From: Neovahlkampfia damariscottae
Taxonomy: Eukaryota
Length of the DNA: 64,000 nucleotides
Assembly: GCA_016618085.1 (NCBI GenBank)
Contig: JABLTG010000120.1
Span: forward strand, 1-64,000
Direction of reading: 5' to 3'
The notes below the pieces were generated by a model. The model was not told where the DNA came from, made no database searches, and saw only the letters and a program-made list of their open reading frames with translations. A program made the position numbers and the translations under genes. Shown in pieces: positions 49,888-62,908 of this stretch (positions are counted from its first letter, which is position 1; each line of letters opens with the position of its first letter).

Positions 49888-51957
49888 ATGGCCAAATCAA
49901 AAACAAAAGAAGACGGTAAAGAAAAGGAAGTTCCTGATCCAAATGAACCAAAAGTACCGTTCTATGATCCAACTTTCTTTTACATCATTGGTTTGGAATG
50001 GGTGACCTTTACATTAGGTTTCATCTTTTTTTGTTTAAATGGATCGTAAGTTAACTATTCGTATGACTAAAAAAACTCCTTAGAATGCCAGTAAAATTTA
50101 AAAAAACTTATTTCTTTTAGATTTTGTTTTACTTATTCTTGGGTGATTTAATCACAGGTTTTGCTGATCCAACTGTAGATATTGTTCAAGTGACATCAAA
50201 ATGTAAAAAAAAAAAAAAAAGAAATTAATAATTAATAGATGCTGGTTTTATGGCTATTATTGCTGCAATAAGTGCTGTTGTCTCTTTTGGTTCACAATTT
50301 TTTTCGTAAGAATTTTTTAACACAAAATTTATTTCTTTATTAGTTCTTTAGCTTATGAAAGAATAGGAAGTAAATTAAGAGACGCTTATTTCACCTCATT
50401 GATGACCCAAGAAATTGGTTATTTTGACAGAAAAAAATCTGGAAAATTATTAACTCAATTATCAGAGGATATTTTATTGATTCAAGAGATTTTTGGAACA
50501 AAAGTACCAACATCAGGTCAATTTCTTTGTCAAGGAGTATTTGGTATCATTATGGCTTTTGCTTCATCTTGGAGAATGTCTTTATTAATGTTAGCAACTG
50601 CTCCAATTATGGGTGGTTCAATTATAATCTCAGCAGGTTTACAACAATGGTTTCAAAAGAAAATGTTGGACACAAGTGGAATTGCTGTTCAAAATGCAAC
50701 TGTAAAAAAAAAAAAAACATTTACATTTCTTATTAGGAAGTTATTGGTAGCATTAGAACAGTACGTTCAATGGCAGGTGAAGAAAAAGAACTCAACAAAT
50801 TTACAAGAAATTTAACCTCAATGAATTTAATTGGATACTTACAATCTGTAACACAAGGAATTTCACAAGGAACTGTTCAATTAGCTATTTGGTGCAGTGT
50901 AGCAGCTGCATTTTGGTATGGTGGTTATCTTGTTTCAATTTCAGTTATTCAAGTTGGAGATATGATGAAAGTGTTTGGAATGATGTTAATGAGTGTACTT
51001 GGATTCTCAATGTTTCTTGGTGTATTTCAAGATTTAGGAAAAGCAAAAGAAGCAATTCGTAAAATTGTGACAGTTGTTAAAAGAAAACCAATGATTAAAT
51101 TCGCAGGAGGTACTTATCCAAATGAAGATTTAAAAGGTAATATTGAATTCAAAAATGTGAATTTTGCATACCCAACAAGACCTGATACAAAAGTCATGAA
51201 AGATTTTAATTTGAATATTTCACCAGGAGAACAAGTTGCTTTAGTTGGACCATCTGGTTCAGGTAAGAGTACTACTGTTGCATTGTTGGAGAAATTTTAT
51301 GAACCTGATTCTGGTGAAATTATCATTGATGGATATAAATTATCAAAACTTGCACCTGAATATTTACATAAACAAGTAGGTATTGTAACACAAGAACCTG
51401 TTCTTTTTGCAATGTCAATTAGAGATAATATTTTATACTCAGTTGATAAGAAAAATGTAACAGAAGATGATATCATTCAAGCAGCAATTAAAGCAAATGC
51501 ACATGATTTTATTATGGAATTACCAAAGAAATACGATACAATGATTGGTGAAAGAGGTGTTTCTGTATCTGGTGGTCAAAAACAACGTATTGCGATTGCA
51601 AGAGCTGTTTTACAAAACCCAAATATTCTTCTTTTAGATGAAGCCACATCAGCACTTGATTCAGAAGCTGAACATGTGGTACAAGATGCTTTAAATAAAT
51701 TAATGGAAGGAAGAACAACTATTATCATTGCTCATCGTTTGACAACTATTCAAGATGTTGATAAAATTGTTGTTATAGAATATGGTGAAATTAAAGAAAT
51801 TGGATCTCATGAAGAATTATTGAAAATTAAAAATGGAGTTTATCATAAATTGGCAAGTCGTCAAATGATGTATAATAACAAAATTGAAGAACAAGATAAA
51901 GGATTGGTTGATGTCAAAGAACAAGAAATTTCTCCAGAAGTAGAAGTTTCAAATTAA
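49888..51957 (+). CDS. ABCB-family half transporter (TMD-NBD), 5 introns
   Basis: GPSGSGKST, TQEP, VSGGQKQRIAIAR, LLLDEATSALD and IAHRL. Confidence 0.95.
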
Positions 51958-52035
51958 TCCGAAACAATAAATTTTTACCGATTCAAGTTTGTTTTTTTAT
52001 CCAATCATTTGCACTTTTCTGTTCGGAATAACTTG

Positions 52036-53869
52036 ATGTTTGTTAAAATTATAGTCGCTTTGATAGTGATACTACTGGCAGTTTTAGCACGTGTATATAT
52101 TACAGATGTCTTGATTTTTGACTATAGATTTCATTATTTTTACTTTTTGTTTTTTGAAGCTCCTTTAAAACTTTTACCATCTTATGATTTTATTGTTGTT
52201 GGAGGTGGAACTGCTGGTGCTTTATTAGCATCTAGGTTATCTGAAAATCCAAAGCACAATGTTTTATTGTTAGAAGCAGGTCCAATGGATCATTCGCTTG
52301 TGTTAAAACCTTCTTTGTTGGTACCTGGAGCATGCATTCATGGTGCTGGTGTAAACTCTATTGTAGATTGGCATTACAAAACAAAGGACAATGACCTTTC
52401 AATGAAAAGTTTGCACAGATTATATCCAAGAGGAAAAGTACTTGGAGGTTCAGCTACTATTAACTGGCTTCAGTAATGAATATTTTGACATTATTTATCA
52501 AAAATTTAGGTATGTAAGAGGACATCAAAAGGATTACAACAATTGGAAAAATCAGGGAAATGATGGTTGGAGTTACGAAGAGGTGTTAAAATATTTCAAA
52601 AAAAGTGAACACTTTCAAAATGAGACAATGAATGAAAAGTACCATTCCAAGGAAGGATTAATTGGAGTTAGATATCCTGCACATATTGGTGAAACTGTTC
52701 ATAGATTTGTCAAAGCAGGTGAAGAATTAGGTTATCCAAAAAATTATGATTATAATGGAGAAAGACAAGAAGGATTTTCAATCTCTCAACAAACAATTTC
52801 CGAAGAAGGATATAGATCAACATCAACTCAATATATTAAACAATTTATGAACACACGACCAAATTTACATGTTTCAACAATGAGTCATGTAACAAAAATA
52901 CTTTTGACAAAAGAAAATGTTGCACATGGTGTTGAAATTAAACGTGGTGATGAAATAATCAGTATTAAAGCTGAAAAAGAAGTAATTATTAGTGCAGGAG
53001 CAGTTGCTTCACCTCAACTTTTAATGTTATCAGGAATTGGTCCAAAAGAACATTTGAAGGAGATGGAGATAGAAACAAAAGTGGATTCACCAAATGTTGG
53101 TCAAAACCTTCAAGATCATCCAATTTTAAGTATGGAATATAACTCAACTTATTATGGATTACGTCAAGATGACTTAGAATCAACTCATTATATTTTGAAA
53201 TATTTAATGTTCAAAAATAATTACCTTGGAGGGTCACCAGTTCTTGGGACTGCATTTTTAAATTCATCTATTAATGAATTTCCATTTCCTGATTTGCAAA
53301 TTCATTTCTTACCATCAGCAACTCCATGCCGATCATTTAAATCACTTTTTGGTTGGAAAGATGGGCATTGTCAAGTTGAATCAGCAGATGCACTTGGATT
53401 TATTATTGTATTACTTCATGAAAAATCAGTGGGATCTGTAAAATTAAACTCAAAAAATCCAATGGATCACCCAATCATCGATTTGAATTTCTTTTCTCAT
53501 CCAGAAGACAAAAAAAAAATGCTTGAAGGAATTAGAATTGTTCAAAAGTTAGCATCATCTAAACAGTTTGATGAATTTAGAGTCGAAATCAAGAAAAATC
53601 CAATGAACCCAGAAAAATTTGATTCAGATGAATACTGGAAATGGAATATTGAAAACTATGGAGGTCATTTATTTCATGCAGCAGGAACATGTAAAATGGG
53701 AAAAAGTATTAATAATTCTGTTGTTGATTCAAGACTTAGAGTTCATGGTGTCAAAAATTTAAGAGTTGTTGATGCAAGTATAATGCCAACAATAACATCT
53801 GGCAATACAATGGCTCCAGTTTACATGATTGCTGAAAAAGCTGCAGATATGCTAAAAGAAGATAATTAA
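52036..53869 (+). CDS. GMC (glucose-methanol-choline) oxidoreductase, 1 intron
   Basis: YDFIVVGGGTAG, RGKVLGGS, SPQLLMLSGIG, GQNLQDH, HAAGTCKMG and GNT. Confidence 0.96.
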
Positions 53870-56800
53870 AGGAAATTTAATTTCATTGTTTTTTCAAAAT
53901 CAATACCAATAGTCAGTAAATCTTCATCTTCTAAACCATTTGTAATGTTCAAAAAAATTTCTTCATTATTTGATCCAAAATCATTCTTATAGTTGGAAAT
54001 TAGTTTTGGAATCAAAACTTCAATGACTTCATTCTTGTCATCAATTCCACCTCCTTGAGTTTGAATATTATTCACATAAAATAATTTAGCAGATGCTTGT
54101 AAATCATATTCAAAATTTCCATGATTCACAATTGACAAATAAGGAGCAGTAGATTGTGATAATACAAAATGAACTCGACCATCAGATTTTTGTAATTTGA
54201 AGTTAATTCTTGGATCATTATTTTCAAAAGGTTTCTTAATTCCTCCATGTGGTCTTTTATTTGATCTTAGAATTCCATGTTTAATGTCATGCAATGAAAA
54301 CAAAAAAATACCAATTCGATAACAAGTTGTTCTGTAAAATGACAATCTGACTTTTTGATGAATATTCCCATGATATATTTCTAAAACACCATGAATGAAT
54401 AAACAATTGAAAATGTTGACAAAAAATTGACCTCTTTCTGATTGTTTCAAAATTGAAAGATCAACTTCTTGTAACTCAGCACATAATTTTAAAAATTTCA
54501 AATATTCAGGTGAACCAGAGAATTGTTTATAATCATATTCAGTGGTAAAATAATTTTTACCTGAAATTGGTCCAAATTTGTTCAAAACATTTTTGATTTC
54601 TTCCATCATTTCCATTGACAAATCACAAGGATGCTTATTTGTCACATTTTTTCTTGACATTGAAATATCAAGATTTAATACTTTTAAAGGATCATCTGAA
54701 GTGAATCTATATAAATTTGGTCCATCATAAAATTGTGATTCAAAAACAACATTGGTTAAAATTTGACCAGACACAAGAACATTGAAAAAGAAAGTTGCAT
54801 TTTTTCTAGTTTGAAATATCTTTTTTGATAATATCCAATCAATAGCATCAAATCCAAGGAAACATTTTTCCAAGACATCACCTTTTAAAACTTCTAACAT
54901 ATTTGATGAATCCTTACGTAAAATATGACGAACTCTATTAGAAATTGATACTTCTTTTTTCATTTTTACAAGAATTTCATCAAGATTTTCAAGTAGTTCT
55001 TTGTCATTTTTTATTTCAGAAAAACAATTTCTCAACATTTGAAATGTTGAACCTTCAATGTCATTTTGTGATTCTTTGAAATCAAATGATGTCATAGATT
55101 CATCAATAAGATTTTTAATTTCATCTACTTTGAAAATGGAAGGTTTGAAATATTTTTCGTATAATTCCATATTTTCATTGACATCTTTGATTGGTTCATC
55201 AATAAATTTTTGATATGTAAGAAATTCTTCTTTCTTTGATAGGAATCTTTTTGTATCAGTTTTTTGATTTACATAATCTTCATATAGGTTTATATTTTCA
55301 TTTGATTTGTCGAAATTAATACCATAAATTTCATTGGTCAAATCTTTTCCTTTTGTGGCCATGTACTCTTTCAAATTGTCATTCATTTCTTCTTCATCAA
55401 GTAAGAATGGTTTAAACATCAAGTTTTCACTTCTAAAATTAATAAATATCGAAAAAATTACTTCTTGCCAACGTTATTTTGAAATTGGTTTTTCCATGAA
55501 TCTTTTGACAGTATCTCATCAGTTAGGAATGAATCCAAGATGTATTGATTATAAGTCTCTTCAAAAAATGTTTGTCTTGGACTTTGTATTGATTTCAAAA
55601 TTTTATCAGTGACATGTGTGTTGTCTTGTGATTTGATGATATTCAATGGATTAACCTCAATTGACATTCTGGAAACAGGTCGATCCAAAGGGTTCATGAT
55701 AGATTTGAAATCATTATTTAACTCAGTCATTTCAGTTGTATGCAAATAATAATCTGAATCCAAATTCCAGAGTTTTTCTTTTTCTTTTGATGGAACATAA
55801 TTTCCTAACAACAAATTGATTGCATTTTGCTTATTTTCATCTTTAAAATTATTACTTCAAAAGTTAATTTAAATGAATTAATACCTGTAGTATCTTGTTA
55901 CATTAGTTATGACATCTTTTAAACCACCTCTATTGTGAATGCCTGCTGATACCATTTGACTTCCTCCATATTGCATTGCTAAAAAATTAAACAATTATTT
56001 TTCAAAGTTACAGATTCTATCACCTAATTCTTGATATAATTCATTTAAGGTAGCTGTGAATCTTTCAATATCAACATCATTTGGATCATTAATTAGATTC
56101 AAAGCGTGAAGCTAAATTAGGAAAAAATTAGAAAAAAATAGAGAAAACTTGTTTTGATAAAACATCATTTCCAATGTAAAATTGAGCTAAATTTGTACGA
56201 TCTAAGCAATCAATGCAATTTGTTCTCAGAATTCCTTTTTGTAAATTGTACTTGTTTTTTAATGTTGATGAAAAGAAATCTGTGGAATCTATTCTTTCAG
56301 AGAAATAATCCATATAATCTAAAAATGTTTGTCGACTATTAAAAATTAATTCTTTGTTTTGGAAAAACTTTTCTGAAAAATGTGCTTTGAAGTCCCATTG
56401 AATTAGATCAATTTTTTTTTCTTTTGGTAAATATTTATTCAAGAAATCAATACATTCTTGAAATTTAGACGATAATTTTGACTCTCTTGGCTTCTTTTCA
56501 TGTTGCTATTTTTGGAAAATATAAAAAAAAAATTAACAATTACTTTGATCAAATCCAGGCAGATTACTGGATATCCATAACGTGCAAATAATGTATTGAA
56601 ATGTAATTTTGAAGCATTGAAGACTGGGTCATATTTTCCAACTATAAAAATAATGTTAAAAAAATCTATTAAAAATCAACGTTCGATATCAGGTTTTGGT
56701 TCAATAGTGTTAATTTTTTGATACCAAAAAATTGGAATAGAACCTCTAATTTGTACATATGAACTGAAATTTCCATTTTTTTGTTGATTTAGCAAGTTAT

Positions 56801-57695
56801 CTGAATCAAAAACGATTTGTTCAATTTCAACGAAATTTGCAACATGACCATGGTCATTAATTCCTCTTTTTAGATATCTTGTACCTGCAAAATATCTTGA
56901 TCTTCTTCCTATCAACACAAGAGACACTTTTTTTCCATGTAAATTGATTGCTAATTGTTAATAAACTTTTTTTTACTTTTTTGAGAAATAGACCCATGTA
57001 CAATTGGAATCAAGTATTGACGTGGTATACTTGAGTTCATAGCACCATCTATTAAATAATCATTCCAAATGAATTGTTCATTGGAGTCTTTTTTTTTTAA
57101 ATCATCTTCCATCATGTTCATTTGTAAAGTTTGAGTTAAATCATAATTATAACTAAAATAAAAATTTTTGGTCAAATCAACACTTCTAAATATTTCTTTG
57201 TACTTCGCTTCATCACTTTTTGAGAAAGAAAAAGGAAATCCAAAACCAGTTTTTTCATAAATTGGTTTGAATGCAGTTTCTTCAATTTCGTAAATGGAAT
57301 TTGCTCCAATTTTTGCTACTTCCTTTCTTTTGGTGATTAACATCATATAGTAACATTCTGTAAATTTAATGAAACCAAGTAATCCATAGGCTATTGTTTT
57401 TTTTATATTCGAAGCTTTGACTGAATGTAATGAGTTCAAAATCTCACTCATTTGTCGACTATTATATACATTAGGATCTATAAAAACATCCAACTTGGTG
57501 GTTTTTAATATTTAGTTTTTCATTTACTTCATCAGGTTTTGAGCGATTAATTTTTATGATTGAATATGCTTTGCTGCTGTGGTCACTAGCAATTAAGTAA
57601 AACATTTGTGATGTTTCATAAAGAGTAAATTTTTGGAATTTCGAGTTATTTGGGTTTAATTGAAGTTTGAGTTTTTGTTGTTTATCCTCCTCCAT
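53866..57695 (-). CDS. FIG4: FIG4-like SAC phosphoinositide phosphatase with C-terminal DEP and DUF547 domains, 8 introns
   Basis: FTLYET, VDLTKNFYFSY, RRSRYFAGTRYLKRG, RGSIP and RTNCIDCLDRTN; DEP (CFLGFDAIDWI...FYDGPNLYRF); DUF547 (FFVNIFN, SLHDIKHGILRSN, DGRVHF). Confidence 0.88.
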
Positions 57696-57850
57696 GTTTT
57701 TGTTTTGGAAAAATTATCCAATCACATGATGATCCAAGTACAAAAAAGTATTCTTGTTTAAAACTGTATTTTTTTGTATTTGTAAAAAAAATTTTCGATT
57801 TTTGGTATTTAGAACATTTTTGCCCAACCGAAACAATTTTTATTGGACAA

Positions 57851-60100
57851 ATGGGTTGGGATGATTTAACAGAAGAAGAACAAATCCTTCTTGATGAAGC
57901 AACCAAAACTTTACCAATTACAGGAGATAGTTTTGAGGAAATGGAAATTACATGGACTCAAGAAATTGGAAAAACTTCAGTTTTTGTGTTATTTGTACTT
58001 TTGTTGAGTGGATTCTTTTTTGTAACAAATTGGTTTTTTAATTGGTGGTATTTTGGTTATGATGGATTAGCTTCAAGATATGAAAGTGAGTATTTACAAA
58101 CTTTTAATGCTGATCGTTGCAAATCAAATTTGAAAAAATTTTCCACAGATTTTTATGAATACGCCAATAACGCTTCTTATAATAATGCTTTATTAATGAA
58201 GAGTTTATTGAAAGAATATTTATATAAATCTGATGTAGAGATAAATACTTATCATGTTTTGATTTCAAAACCAACTGGAAATAGTTACTTGAAAATGGAA
58301 AAAAAAAACTCCGGAACTGTGGTGTATTCAAGCACTTTTTTGGAAGAAGGCTTTGAAAATTTGAAAAAACAAGCATATAGTCCATATAGTGGTAATGGTG
58401 AAATAATAACAGATTCAATAGTTTATGTTAATTTTGGTCGTTTAGAAGACTTTGAATACTTAAAACAAAATATGATTTCCGTAAAAGGAAAAGTACTATT
58501 AGCAAGACATGGAAAATTAAACTCAGGTTCAATTGTTGAAAACTCTGAAAGTAATGGCGCCTCCGCAGTTTTATTGTTTTCAGATCCAATTGAAGAAGAC
58601 GGATTTGGATCGTTTGAAATTTTTCCGAATGGACCATTGAGGAGAAACTCTAGTATTTTCAGAACTTCAAGTTTATTTCATCATGATAAATATCCAGGGG
58701 ATCCTTTGACTCCTGGTTATCCAGCAAAAGAAAATGCTTATCGTTTGAAAAGAGAAGAAGCTGAGAATATTCCAAAAAAAAATTTCATAGTTCAACCTAT
58801 TAGCAAATTGGATGCTGAAAAAATAATGTCAACAATCAAAGGAAAAATAGCTCCTGATCATTGGAGAGGAGGTTTAGATGCGACTTATATGATTGGTGGA
58901 GAAACTTCGGAGATAAGAACAACTTTAAAAGTTGAATTAGATGAACACATAGCTCCTATTCATAATGTCATTGCTAAAATAACAGGATTTGAAGAGAAAG
59001 ATAAATCAATTATGATTGGACATCACAGAGATTCTTATGGGAATGGTGTCACAGATCCAAATACTGGCACAGTTGTTTTATTGGAAATTGCAAAAGGTCT
59101 TGGTAAAATTTTATCAAATAAATGGAAGCCAAGAAGAAATATAATCATTTCCAGTTGGGATGCGAACGAACTCGGGTTAATTGGATCAACAGAATACACT
59201 GAAGAATACAAATATCAATTATCCAATGAATTAGTTTCATATCTCAATATTGATTCAGTTGTCGGAGATAAATTAAATTTTGAGTTTTCACCGACACTTA
59301 TGTCCTTTATTGAATCACAGAGTGAAAGAGTTGATTCTCCAGTGCATGATAATGAGACACTTTTTGATGAATGGAAAAGACAACATCCAACAAGTGCAAC
59401 TCAATTAGAAGGTGGTCAAGATTATACAGCTTTCACACATCATATTGGAGTATCAGTAACATCACTTGGATTCAAAGGTGCTTTTGGAGCAAAACATAGT
59501 CTTGATGACACCTTAACTTGGTTTGAAAAATTTGGTGATTCAAACTTCAAAAAATCAAAATCTATGGTTCATTTAGTTGGTATGATACTTTTAAGATTAG
59601 CTGGAAATCATGTTTTACCGTTTAATTTTCAAAGACAATCTGACGAAATTTTTTCTAATTTCAATGAAATTTTCAAATCTAAGGATTTTGTGAATTTTAC
59701 ATCAAGTTTAAAACCTGATGATCAATTGCATTTGGATACTTTGATGAATACATTAAACCGAACTATTGATTCATATCAAACTTTGACACATAAATTTAAT
59801 GTCAAAATTGAAGAAATGAAAGGGAAAGCTGGTAAACAAGATACTTCATTTTTAATTCGTCAAACAAATGATCGCATTTTAACATTAGAGAAATCATTTT
59901 TGAATTCTGAAGGTTTAGTTTATTCAAATTGGCACAAGAATATAATATATGGACCTGCAAAAAATTCAGGAGACAAGTTTATCTATTTTCCTGAATTTCA
60001 CACTTATTTGAAAGAAAGAAGTTTTAAAATGCTTTCGTTTTCAGTTCAAAGAATTATAGTTTGTCTTGAAAATTCAATTTTAACTTTAAAAAATCAATAA
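57851..60100 (+). CDS. Glutamate carboxypeptidase II / transferrin-receptor-like M28 protein (PA, M28 and dimerisation domains)
   Basis: Type II TM; VYVNFGRLEDF, GDPLTPG, GHHRDS, DPNTG and YLNID. Confidence 0.92.
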   Translation: MGWDDLTEEEQILLDEATKTLPITGDSFEEMEITWTQEIGKTSVFVLFVLLLSGFFFVTNWFFNWWYFGYDGLASRYESEYLQTFNADRCKSNLKKFSTDFYEYANNASYNNALLMKSLLKEYLYKSDVEINTYHVLISKPTGNSYLKMEKKNSGTVVYSSTFLEEGFENLKKQAYSPYSGNGEIITDSIVYVNFGRLEDFEYLKQNMISVKGKVLLARHGKLNSGSIVENSESNGASAVLLFSDPIEEDGFGSFEIFPNGPLRRNSSIFRTSSLFHHDKYPGDPLTPGYPAKENAYRLKREEAENIPKKNFIVQPISKLDAEKIMSTIKGKIAPDHWRGGLDATYMIGGETSEIRTTLKVELDEHIAPIHNVIAKITGFEEKDKSIMIGHHRDSYGNGVTDPNTGTVVLLEIAKGLGKILSNKWKPRRNIIISSWDANELGLIGSTEYTEEYKYQLSNELVSYLNIDSVVGDKLNFEFSPTLMSFIESQSERVDSPVHDNETLFDEWKRQHPTSATQLEGGQDYTAFTHHIGVSVTSLGFKGAFGAKHSLDDTLTWFEKFGDSNFKKSKSMVHLVGMILLRLAGNHVLPFNFQRQSDEIFSNFNEIFKSKDFVNFTSSLKPDDQLHLDTLMNTLNRTIDSYQTLTHKFNVKIEEMKGKAGKQDTSFLIRQTNDRILTLEKSFLNSEGLVYSNWHKNIIYGPAKNSGDKFIYFPEFHTYLKERSFKMLSFSVQRIIVCLENSILTLKNQ

Positions 60101-60297
60101 AAAATTTTCTCAAAATTTAATTTTTCCCGCCTGATTGCTTCCATCCTTGACCAATTAAATCCTCAGAAAAACCGTTATGTTTTTCAAACTCAACTTCCAA
60201 AACACATGAGCACATTATACGAGAAGTAAGCTTTGAAACTGAATCACTAAATTGTCTGCCAAGTTTTAAGAACTACAAAAAGAAGAAAAAACCAAAG

Positions 60298-60972
60298 ATG
60301 TTTGATCCTGAAAAAGTCAAAAAGTTTATTCAGAGTCGTGGTGGAAAATATGAAGAGAGATTGTTGAATTTAAAAAAGAAATTTGAAAAATCAACCATAG
60401 AAGCTCTTCTTGAAATCAATATTCAAAAAAAACATGTGGATGTGTTACAGGCTTCTTTCAATGAAAACAAAGAAAATTTCAAATCAAAAGTGAGTCTTTT
60501 TTTTGTGTTAAACTGTCTTTAGTTGTCTAAAATGGAATTGGATATAAAAGCAAAAGAGTTTCAACTTCAAAAATCTGTAGTGCTTTTAGCTGAAAAAGAA
60601 GAAATGTATCAACAAGAACTTTTGGAAACAAACAAAAGAAATTCAAAGTTACAACAAGAAATTGATGAAATTAAACAATCTAATGAAGCTCAAAAAAGTG
60701 AAATCAACTCAAGAAAGCAATTGTTGGTGAAAGAAAATGAAAAAATAATAACTGAAAATGCTACATTAAAAACAGATTTGGAAAAGATGAAGAGCGGATT
60801 TCAAGATTTAGTATCAATGTACAAAAAAGAAAAAGCAGAAAATTCAAAAAAATCCAAACAAATTGAAGAGTTGAAAAAGTTATTAGTCAAACCAACTTTA
60901 AGACAATCTCCATTCTCTCCTGCTTCAGTTAAGCAATCACCTTTTGCTAATAAAACAAATGAACAAAAATAA
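60298..60972 (+). CDS. Coiled-coil protein, intron 60490-60522; 5' end uncertain
   Basis: Heptad-like E/K/L-rich ORFs joined in frame by a GT-AG intron. Confidence 0.65.
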
Positions 60973-61075
60973 AAAAAATATAAACAGTTTTTTTATTTCA
61001 AAAAAAATTGGCGCCAAAAAAAAACAAAAACGGATTTTCATCAACAAGAAGAAGTGATTGAACATTAGAAGATAT

Positions 61076-61896
61076 TTATTCAAAGGTCTTTGTGATAATG
61101 ATGAAACTTGCATTTTTTGCGAAACATCTCCAACCTGGATAACTTGATCTTAAGAATATCGAAATTGAATCTGCTTTTTCCAACTTTTCAAACAAATCAG
61201 AGTTTCCAAAGTTTTCAGGTTGATGAGTTTTCCATTCAGATTTTGCTCTTACATTTGTGAAAATTCTTTTTCTGAGAATTTCTTTTTCAGTATCTTTACA
61301 TTTTAAAACGAGATCAGCCCAGGTGTGTGAACCACCACCAGTAGCCCAACCTTTGAAAAGAAGTAAAAAACAAGAAATCTAAACAACAAACCTTGATCAT
61401 GTGATGTACATCTTACTTCAAACATAACAACATTATTTAACTTTTTGTTCAAGTTAAAAGTTAAGTATTCATCATTTTGATCATCTCTTTTAGGTTTGAA
61501 TTCTTGATTTTTAGTAGCTTTTGTAACACCAAAAAAATTTGAAAATTTTTTTGAAACTTGACGAATTGATAGAATATCATTCAAAGGTAAAAAGTCCATC
61601 ATTTGGAAAACGATATCATTTGGAATATGATCAATATCAAATAATTTTTCAACCTTTTCTTGTTCCAGTACTTTCTGAGTTTCTTTTGATTCAATGATTG
61701 GTGAAATAAGTGTGTCTGAATCACTAGAGTGAAGAAATGAAGGGTTTAAATCAGTATCAAAGCTTGGGCTAATGTCGTCCAATAAATCTTTGAAATTGAA
61801 AGCAGAAGGATGGTAGTCTGGATCAAATCCATCTGATTGTTTTTTTTTTGTGTTGGTATTGACATTAAGTTCTTCCAAAATTTGTTTTTTCAACAT
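61076..61896 (-). CDS. F-box protein with C-terminal SHDQGW-type domain, 1 intron
   Basis: IPNDIVFQMMDFLPLNDILSIRQVSKKF; spliced SHDQ|GW...SHTW...YPGW. Confidence 0.8.
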
Positions 61897-61984
61897 GTTC
61901 AGTTCTTGATGAAGAGAGTTGTTTCGTTCCAAAAATAAACTGAGTTTACCTTTTTCATCCAATCAAATTTTTTTATTTAAAAAT

Positions 61985-62105
61985 TGCATTTACGAAGTTC
62001 AATAACATCTTTACAAAAATCTTCCATTTCTTGAGCATCTCTTCTGTTTATCTTTGATTGAAATATCAGCTCCATTGTCAACTAAAAAATCTATTACAAT
62101 TTGGT
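61985..62105 (-). pseudogene. Isolated ankyrin-repeat fragment
   Basis: IVIDFLVDNGADISIKDK with no supporting upstream exons. Confidence 0.5.
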
Positions 62106-62253
62106 TTAAAATGAAAATTCACAGCTTTAAATTCATGAAATTGGGAAATAAAATGAAGATGAAATACTGAAATAGAATCATAAGTTGGAATGTTAGAAAA
62201 GTTGGAAAATGATAGAGCAAATAGGAATTTAGTATTTTAGATATTTGATCCAC

Positions 62254-62908
62254 TTCACTTAAATTTATATCCATGTGATTCTAAAGTTTGCTTTCCAGTC
62301 TTTTTCCACTCTTTGAATAAATCATCCACTTGACACAAGTTTCTTCATATAAATTTTTTAAAGGAGTTTTTTCTGCTTGACAAATTGTAATAAGCTCTGT
62401 ATGCTCCAAAAAAGTATTTTGTGACTTAACATCCTGTATTTCTTTAAATTAAAATCTACTTCTACAATTCTGGCATCCATATCTTTGTATTGATGAAGTT
62501 TAACATTGCCATTTCCAATATTTTTTGCTATGTCTTTCCAATTGTTATTTTTGAAAAAAATATCTATTTTGATAACTTTGTCATTAACCCAAGAAATTTT
62601 TGAATCAATGAAGTCCATTATTCGTTCTTTTTTCCCTCCGTCGTTAATATGAGAAAGTGAAATTCTTGTTTTGGAACGAATAACCAAACAATCACAGTTA
62701 TCTACACCTTTAGTTGAAAGTACTTTGTTTTCGCTTTTTTCTTTAGTTATTCTTCCAGATGCTCCTTGAGGAATCATTATTTCTACATGCTCGTCTTTAT
62801 TTGTTCCAATTTTGCTTTGTCGTTCAAAGATTTAATTTTTTCGGCTAAGGCAATGTCATCTTCAAGGTGTTCCTTCATAGTGGATGAAGAAAAAATTTGT
62901 TGAACCAT
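62254..62908 (-). pseudogene. CheD/NTAN1/CNF1-fold deamidase-like gene, probably frameshifted
   Basis: LSTKGVDNCDCLVIR..ISLSHIND motif; coding-like sequence continues in other frames on both sides of ORF 62358-62777. Confidence 0.5.
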
